This document shows, piece by piece, positions 56,000-64,000 of a stretch of 64,000 bases of DNA (position 1 is its first letter; each line of letters begins with the position of its first letter). The notes under the pieces were generated by a model that did not search any database, was not told where the DNA came from, and saw nothing but the letters and a program-made list of their open reading frames with translations. Source of the stretch: Octopus vulgaris (Eukaryota); assembly GCA_951406725.2 (NCBI GenBank), contig OX597824.1:94178001-94242000 (forward strand), written 5' to 3'. Made by a program: the position numbers and the translations under genes.

Positions 56000-56000
<1 letters not shown>
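55760..56000 (-). mobile_element. Dong/R4-clade 3' end plus UTR
   Basis: IVGALGMIKKYSDKYITKTPGLTNTYNIQKIALLGTAHILRRTLSIQ*; (TTA)n on both sides. Confidence 0.9.
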
Positions 56001-56073
<73 letters not shown>

Positions 56074-56149
56074 AACATATATATATGCTACAGAATGGTC
56101 ACGATTTTAGGGCTGAAACGTATAACAGAATAAAAGAATATATATATAT

Positions 56150-56375
56150 TCTTTTATTCTTCTATTCTTTTATTTGTTTCAGTCATTTGACTGCGGCCAT
56201 GCTGGAGCAACGCCTTTAGTCGAACCAATTGACCCCAGGACTTATTCTTTGTAAGCTTAGTACTTATTCTATCGGTCTCCTTTGCTGAAACGCTATGTTA
56301 CGGGGTCGTAAACACACCAGCATCGGTTGTCAAGCGATGATGGGGGACAAACAGACAGACAAACATAAACATACA

Positions 56376-56439
<64 letters not shown>

Positions 56440-56597
56440 CGACGGGCTTCTTTCAGTTTCCGTCAACCAAATCCACTCACAAGGTTTTGGTTGGCCTCAG
56501 GCTATAGTAGAAGGCACTTGCCCAAGGTGCTACACAGTGGGACTGAACCCGGAACCAAGTGGTTGGTAAGCAAGCTACTTACCACACAGCCACTCCT
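56150..56597 (-). mobile_element. Near full-length family B SINE
   Basis: Reverse complement of 30097-30505. Confidence 0.92.
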
Positions 56598-57249
56598 AAA
56601 TAGAAGAAGAGCTTTGCTCGAAACGTAAAACACCCCTTCTTTCCTTCCCTGAGCGTCCTTTAATACTTTTCATGTACCACGACCTCGCGTTATTGATTTT
56701 TTCTCGTATTTGTTCTTCGTTTTTTGTATTTACTACATACATTCATTCATTCATTCATACATACATACATACATACATACATACATACATACATACATAC
56801 ATACATACATACATACATACATACATACATACCCTGTTGTTGATGATGAAATTCTAGCGAAGAAGCCTTGGATTTAGGTTAGAAACAGGCTCTTTATTGG
56901 CAAAAAATCTTGAAATAAAACTGAATAATGCCATACCGACATGTGTGTGTAGGGGGTGCGTGTATGCATACATATGTACAAATATATGTATGAATGTAAT
57001 ATATAGATATATAAAAATACATACAGTAATCAATACTTTAACAATATACATATAGAAATATACAAATATATAGATATATATACATTAGAAATATATTGAA
57101 AAATAAATACAAACGAGGTCGACTTACAGATTATAAATCGAAGTCATAAAAAGAGTTAAGAGTCTTTAAAAATGTCGGGGTATAGCTAATCCTATTAATA
57201 GGATTAATAACACCCCTTTATGTTTTTAATGTATATATATATATCTATA

Positions 57250-57417
57250 TACATTATTTATTTTTGACGGATATTTATCCTCATCTTGTTTGTTGTTAAC
57301 GCAACGTTTCGGCTGATATACCCTCCAGCCTTCTTCAGGTGTCTTGGGGATGTTTCGAACCTGGGTTCTCATTCCCGAGGTATTTTTCGATGTTGTTATT
57401 ATTATTATTATTATTAT

Positions 57418-57485
<68 letters not shown>

Positions 57486-57658
57486 TTATTGTTGTTTCTA
57501 TTGTTATTGTTATTGTTGTTGTTGTTGTTCAGGTCACTGCTTGGAATCGAACTCGGAATCGTGGGGTTAGTAACCCGCGCTCTTAACCACTACGTCATAT
57601 GCCTGTGAGCATATGTAAATAATGTACATAATTCCTCATCTCTTAAATATAGAACTGT
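57250..57658 (-). mobile_element. tRNA-headed, hammerhead-bearing short element (candidate Penelope-mobilised SINE/retrozyme)
   Basis: tRNA-like head 57603-57531 (A box TGACGTAGTGG, B box GAGTTCGATTCC), trinucleotide spacer, hammerhead, inverted terminal segment. Confidence 0.65.
57298..57343 (-). ncRNA. Minimal type I hammerhead ribozyme
   Basis: Minus strand GACAC-CTGAAGA-A GGCTGG AGGGTATA TCAGCC-GAAA-CG-TT-GCGTT; 6-bp stem II, palindromic ACGT stem III, one mismatch in stem I. Confidence 0.75.
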
Positions 57659-57944
57659 ATATATATCTATATATTTATATGCTTTTATGTGTATATTTTT
57701 ATGTATTAATTACTCTATATATTATTATATATCTCAATATTTTTAATATGTTTGATGTATTGAATATACTTTAGGCGATATTCATACATGTTGTGTCGAG
57801 GGCTGAATAAAATATAAATGCATATGTTGACCTGATTTGCCTGATCTCGATTCTTACATCTAACGCCTCTTGTTTGAATATCTTGAGCACTTCAAAATGA
57901 AGTCTGTGCCATGGGGACATCTTTTTTTTCCTTATAATCAAGAA

Positions 57945-58205
57945 TTTTGGTTGGCCTCAGGCTATAGTAGAGAATACTTGCTCAGGTGCCACATAGCCTG
58001 AGTGAATCCAGAGCCATGTGGTTGGGTAGCAAACTTCTATCACACACGACGGGTTTCTTTCCGTTTCCGTCTACGAAATCCACTCACAAGGATCTGATTG
58101 TCCCGAGGCTATAGTAGAATATATTTGCTCACCGTGCCACGCAGCGGGACTGAACCAAGAACCATGTGGTTGGAAAGCAAGCTTCCTATCACACAGCCAT
58201 GCCTG
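57945..58205 (-). mobile_element. Two diverged family B SINE 5' halves
   Basis: aggctatagtaga...gtgccac...ccatgtggttgg occurs twice. Confidence 0.7.
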
Positions 58206-58722
58206 TGATAGACACACACACTTATACATCTTTGTATGCCTAGTAGAACTACTGTTAATCCTATACATTCTATTGCAGCTGTCAATGTAGATACATGGTA
58301 TTTGCCCAGGTAAGCTTGTCCGATTGTATGACTGCTGTTGCGGAACATTCTTGAAAATATTACAGACAATTCCAATTCTTCTCCGTTCTTCAAATCGAAT
58401 TATATTCGCTTAATGCAATGAATCTTCAATCACTGAAAACCAACCGATGCAGTGGCAACGCGAAGATCTCACCATCTCTCCACCTGTCCCCCACACACAC
58501 ACCTTTAGCTATCTACCTATCTATCTATGTATCCATCTATCGGTCTATCTATCTGTTTATCTATCTATCTGTTTCTCTGCCTATTTCTCTATCTATTCAT
58601 CTATCTTTGTTTAACTACACATGTTTGTGTAACTGTGATCATATTTTTCCCTTTCACTAGATTCCATATTTCATTTCCTCTCTCCTGTTCTCACTCCCTC
58701 TCTCTCTCCCTTCTCTCTCTCC

Positions 58723-58768
<46 letters not shown>

Positions 58769-58932
58769 ATCTGCCTTTCTCCTTTTGTGTCTCGTATTGT
58801 ATTCATATAAAATAGAAATACACGTCTTATTGCCCAATAGGGAAATGAAGAGAGTTAGTGATGAACTAGTTGAGTGACCCTACACACACACACACACATA
58901 CACGCACACACACACACACACACACATACACG

Positions 58933-58975
<43 letters not shown>

Positions 58976-59225
58976 TTATATTCATATAAATATTTATATA
59001 CATATGTACTTATGTGTGTGTATATATATATATATGAATGTATGTATGTGTATATAAATATATATATATATATATATATGAATGTATGTATGTGTATATA
59101 TATATATGAATGTATGTATATGTATATCTATATACATAAATACGGCTATGTATATATATATATGTATATACCTATGTATACATATATATACATACATTTA
59201 CACATACAGAGTGAATATATAAATG

Positions 59226-59266
<41 letters not shown>

Positions 59267-59602
59267 AATCTTATATATAAACGCACACACTCAGTCGTAT
59301 ATATATGTATGTATATATGCATACATGCATAATGGTTCTGTGTAAAATAAGTATACCATAAATAATATAGCTCTGAAATAAACGTAGAAATGTATCTACT
59401 CTAATACCGTGCGTGTGTATATGTGTGTGTATGTGTGAATATGTGCCTATGTGTATTTGTAAGTGTGTGAACATATATAATTGTTGTTACAAGAAACACG
59501 TTATGCTAAGCGTGAAAGTTACTATGAATGATTATGAGGCTGCATATACATCTATCTACACTAAACATATACACACACATATGTGTTATATATGTATGTA
59601 TA

Positions 59603-59659
<57 letters not shown>

Positions 59660-59738
59660 TATATATATATACATATATATATTTATATATATTTATATAT
59701 ATATGTATATATTTATATATATATATATGTATATATAT

Positions 59739-59816
<78 letters not shown>

Positions 59817-59952
59817 ATATATATATATATATATATAAATGTGTGTATGTATATATATATATATATGTGTATATATGTATATATATATACATATATATGT
59901 ATGTATATATATACATATATATATGTATGTATATATATATATGTATATGTAA

Positions 59953-59992
<40 letters not shown>

Positions 59993-60284
59993 ATATTCTT
60001 TGTCTTGGATATATGATCGTAATATATGGACATCGAGAAATACTGTCAGTTCACACTTAAAGTTGTTGATAGCTTCTTGGGATGGTGTGCGACGTTATGC
60101 GAAAGAATGTAAAACGAAACCAGTTTTCACATCGTTTCAAATGATACACACAAGATTTGTGTTTGTCCGCCATATTTTTGGTCATAACAACATCACAAAA
60201 CTTCTAAATAATAACTCAAAAATACTTGTTATATAAAACACTGAAATAAATGTACCTTGAATTTTTTAAACTGTATTTTTTTAT

Positions 60285-60470
60285 TATTTGTTTCTGTCAT
60301 TGGATTGTGGCCATGCTGGAGCACCGCCTTAAAATATTTTTGTTGAACGAACCGATCCCAGTATTTTGTTTGTTTGTTTGTTTTTAAGCTCAGTATTTAT
60401 TCTACCGGCTTCATTTGCCAAACAGCTGAGATACGGGGACGTAAATATACCAACACCGGTTGTCATGCGG
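60285..60470 (-). mobile_element. Family B SINE 3' half, diverged
   Basis: tgtttctgtcattggattgtggccatgctggagcaccgcctt. Confidence 0.75.
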
Positions 60471-60809
60471 CCAAGGGATGGTCTGATGACTGAAACAAAA
60501 GGCAAAAGATAAAGGTAAAAGATATATGTGTAGGAGGATGTATGTGTGTATGTGTGTCTATATATATATATATATATATGAATGTGTGCGTGTTTATATG
60601 TGTGTATGAGTCTCTATGTAAATGTGTATGTATGTGTGTATGCATGTATGTGTGTGTATGTGTATATGTATATATGTATACATATGTGCGTGTCTATGTG
60701 TGTATATGTATATATGTATGCGTGTGTTTGTGTGTATGTATGTATGTTCTGTATGTATGTGTGTATATATGTGCGATTAATTTTTTTACAATAACGCTAT
60801 ATATATGTG

Positions 60810-60917
<108 letters not shown>

Positions 60918-61033
60918 TGCGTGTGTATGTATGCATTTGTGTGCGTCTATGTGTTTGTCACCCACCATCATACCTTGTCAATTGGCTCAGAGAAAAAGAG
61001 CATATGTACAAGGATCGACTTGTTTGTGTAAAC

Positions 61034-61912
61034 CAGGAGTCGGCGAACCGGGGTAAATTACCCCTAGTGAGGTAAAAATGAAATTCTTGGGGATAATGAG
61101 CACTCATTAGACATAAGTAAAATTATATTTTTAAAAAAGTGGTCCTTGTTACGAAAGAAATTTCTCTTTTGGCCCTGAAGAGGCAGTCAAAAAGTTGCTG
61201 CCTTTTGCAACAACCTACCTTCGTGAACAAGGATTCTTGACTCTCATGAATATAAAAACATAGCAGAGTATTTGATTGGCTGCGAAGATTGAATCCAAAT
61301 TGCTCTGACATCAAAATGCTCCAATTTTGATGTAATTGTAACAAAACTGAAACAACATAATTTCTCCAAAACCTGAACTGAAAAAGTTTCTAGAAAAATC
61401 CTTTTGTTTCATAATGAGGATCTTAATGTATTTTAATAATAAATTAATGGAGCTATCAATTTATTTCATAATGAGGATATTAATTTCTTTTGTTTCGTAA
61501 TGAAGATCTTGATTTATTTTTTATTAATTCGAGATTTATACTTTACAATTGTATTCTCCATATAAATAGATTCAATAAAACGTTTGAATTCTAAGAATCT
61601 ATGATTTCTTTCTGTTGTGTCTGAGGAGAGTCATTTCCTTTTTGTGTCTTATAATGTAACACACTCGCCGGTAAAATTTCCACTTTTTCTTATTTTTTAG
61701 GAAAATAAAAATAAAAATAAAAATAAGAAAAAAGTGGAAATTTTACCGGTGAGTGTGTTACATTATAAGTCACACAAAAAGAAAATGACTCTCCCCAGAC
61801 ACAACAGAACATACTTCAACACACGAACTCATTTAAAGAATCTTGCAAACCAAATCCAAAAACGAAATATGATTTCCTTCCTTTCAAACCAAAGGGGTAA
61901 CGTCGACCCCTG
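61034..61912 (+). mobile_element. Deleted hAT (Charlie/Buster-like) DNA transposon
   Basis: Termini CAGGAGTCGGCG and CGTCGACCCCTG; internal EEAVKKLLPFATTYLREQGFLTLMNIKT is the hAT dimerisation motif; flanks gtgtaaac/atctagcc both have a central TA but are a poor TSD match. Confidence 0.75.
61610..61809. repeat. Long near-perfect palindrome (~88 bp arms) nested in the hAT element
   Basis: 61610-61697 versus 61720-61809 reverse complement with few mismatches. Confidence 0.9.
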
Positions 61913-62533
61913 ATCTAGCCCCTTCAGGCTGTGCCCCTGCCTAGCCACAAACCAATTACTGAAACAAATAAAAGATAAAACATGCGCGCGCACCTAAGTG
62001 TGTGCGCGCATGCGTATATACGCGCGCATGTGTGTGTATGCACGTATGTGTGTATTAAGTTAAATCGAAATGATGCGGGAATGATTATTTTTTTCCTTCT
62101 CTATGACTTTTAATTTAATCTATCGATATTTCTGTCCAATGCACTTTGACATAACGAAACAGGGATCAAAGCAGAGTTGAAATTAATTCTGTACCACCAT
62201 TATTCACATCCGCCGACAGAGCACTGCTGCGGCCATCTTTGCAGGTCATTGCGTTTTGGACAGAGAGCTTCTCCGCCATGGTTTTTGACTGGATTAATTC
62301 ATCAACGATGGTCGGTTGGCACAAATAAATTTACAGCCATTTCTTTCGGTAGTGCAAATTCATTTCTTTCTCGTCCAAATGTTATGGATAACTTGATAAA
62401 CCCGAAGTGTACTCCGCGTCTCTCTTGATTCCGGTATGATGTGATTTTGATGGTATATATGTGTATGTTTGCGTGTGTGTAAATATATTTATTAGTATAA
62501 CGCTCAGGAATAGAATATATATATATATATATG

Positions 62534-62630
<97 letters not shown>

Positions 62631-62678
62631 GTATATATGTATGTATGTATGTATCTATGTATGTATATATGTATGTAT

Positions 62679-63024
62679 GAGTGGCTGTGTGATGAGTAGC
62701 TTGTTTACCAGCCACATGGTTCCGGGTTCAGTCCCACTGCGTGGCACCTTAAGCAAGTGTCTTCTACTATAGCCTCGCGCCGACCAAAACCTTGTGAGTG
62801 GATTTGGTAGACGGAAACTGAAAGACGCCTGTCGTACACACACACACACATACACACACACATGTACATACATACATACATACATACATACATACATACA
62901 TACATACGTATGTACACACACACACACATATGTGTGTGTGTGTGTGTGTCTGTGTGTGTTTGTGTTTGTCCCCCATCATCGCTTAACATAAGATGGTGGC
63001 GTGTCTACATTCCCGTAACTTAGC
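62679..63024 (+). mobile_element. Family B SINE, 3'-truncated
   Basis: Matches 30100-30378. Confidence 0.9.
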
Positions 63025-63029
63025 TGTTG

Positions 63030-63242
63030 TCTACTCTAGGAGCAGCGCCCGAAATTTATTGGGAAGGGGGCTCTAGTCGATTAGGTCGACCCCAGTACGC
63101 AACTGGTACTTAATTTATCGATTCCGAAAAGATGAAAAGCAAAGTCGACCTCAGAGAAATTTGAACTCAGAGCGTAAAGACGGACGAAAAACCGTTAAGC
63201 ATTTCGCCCGGCCTACTAACATTTCTGCCAGCTCCCTGCCTT
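63030..63242 (-). mobile_element. Family A SINE with alternative tail
   Basis: Reverse core and head; tail similar to 43985-44035. Confidence 0.8.
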
Positions 63243-63574
63243 ATATTTCTAGAATATTGCGAAGGGACTACATAGTGTCTTTTAAGAAATGGACAGAAGG
63301 GGACTATTTGAAAAATATTTGGCGGTTATTTTCAGCGGATCGACCGAACGCATAGAGGTTTCTTCAACATACGAACAATTCATTATTGATTCATCTGTCT
63401 GTGCATCTCCTCGTTACATCATCATCATCATCAACCTATGATCATTATTATCTTAAATACTGAGACTCATAGAACCGGTTGCCATGGCACATAAGCGACC
63501 GAGATCACAACGTCCCTGCCAACAGCACCGCCCCCGTCCCTGCCTCTGAACTGGAACACCAATCGTACACAGTT

Positions 63575-63715
63575 GCCTGAACTGGAGCAACATGAAAGCC
63601 AGTGTTTTGTTCAAGAAGGCGACACATTGTCCCGTCTGCGAATCGAAACAGCGATTTTTACGATTGTGTATGCAATACCACCACCACCACCAATGCTACG
63701 CGACGTGCCTTCATC
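63575..63715 (-). mobile_element. Diverged family D SINE head
   Basis: gaactggagcaacatgaaagccagtgttttgttcaagaa similar to 50459-50497. Confidence 0.55.
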
Positions 63716-63956
63716 TCCCCCATCGGCTCCATTATTATAAAAATGTAAGATTCTACTAATGCGACAGAGAAGTTACTTATAATCATTTATACATTGTACA
63801 ATTAATATTCTTAACTCTCATCTGCCGGACTACAATCACTTAATGACTAACTCAAGTCGTACACCGATCATTATCACCGGAATTTAACAACTTATAATGG
63901 CTACATCACGGCTGACTCCATTAACACGAACACAACATCGGTCAATTCTCTACATT

Positions 63957-64000
<44 letters not shown>

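Overview
Eukaryotic, very AT-rich and repeat-saturated DNA. The SINE families and extreme microsatellite load are most consistent with an octopus (cephalopod) genome; this is an inference from recognised repeat motifs, not a database result. I recognise no host protein-coding exon, and nearly all listed ORFs are translations of microsatellites. Contents: (1) many microsatellites and low-complexity tracts; (2) at least four tRNA-derived SINE families, several with clear target-site duplications (TSDs) and some multimeric; (3) a 5S rRNA-headed, SINE3-like copy; (4) seven or more decayed Dong/R4-clade retrotransposon 3' fragments, all in or next to (TAA)n arrays in one orientation; (5) Tx1/L1-like and RTE LINE remnants; (6) mariner, hAT and Helitron remnants; (7) several type I hammerhead ribozyme motifs of the Penelope/retrozyme kind. 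The most interesting candidate is a short element at 57250-57658 that combines a tRNA-type Pol III head, a microsatellite spacer, a minimal hammerhead ribozyme and a Penelope-style inverted terminal segment.
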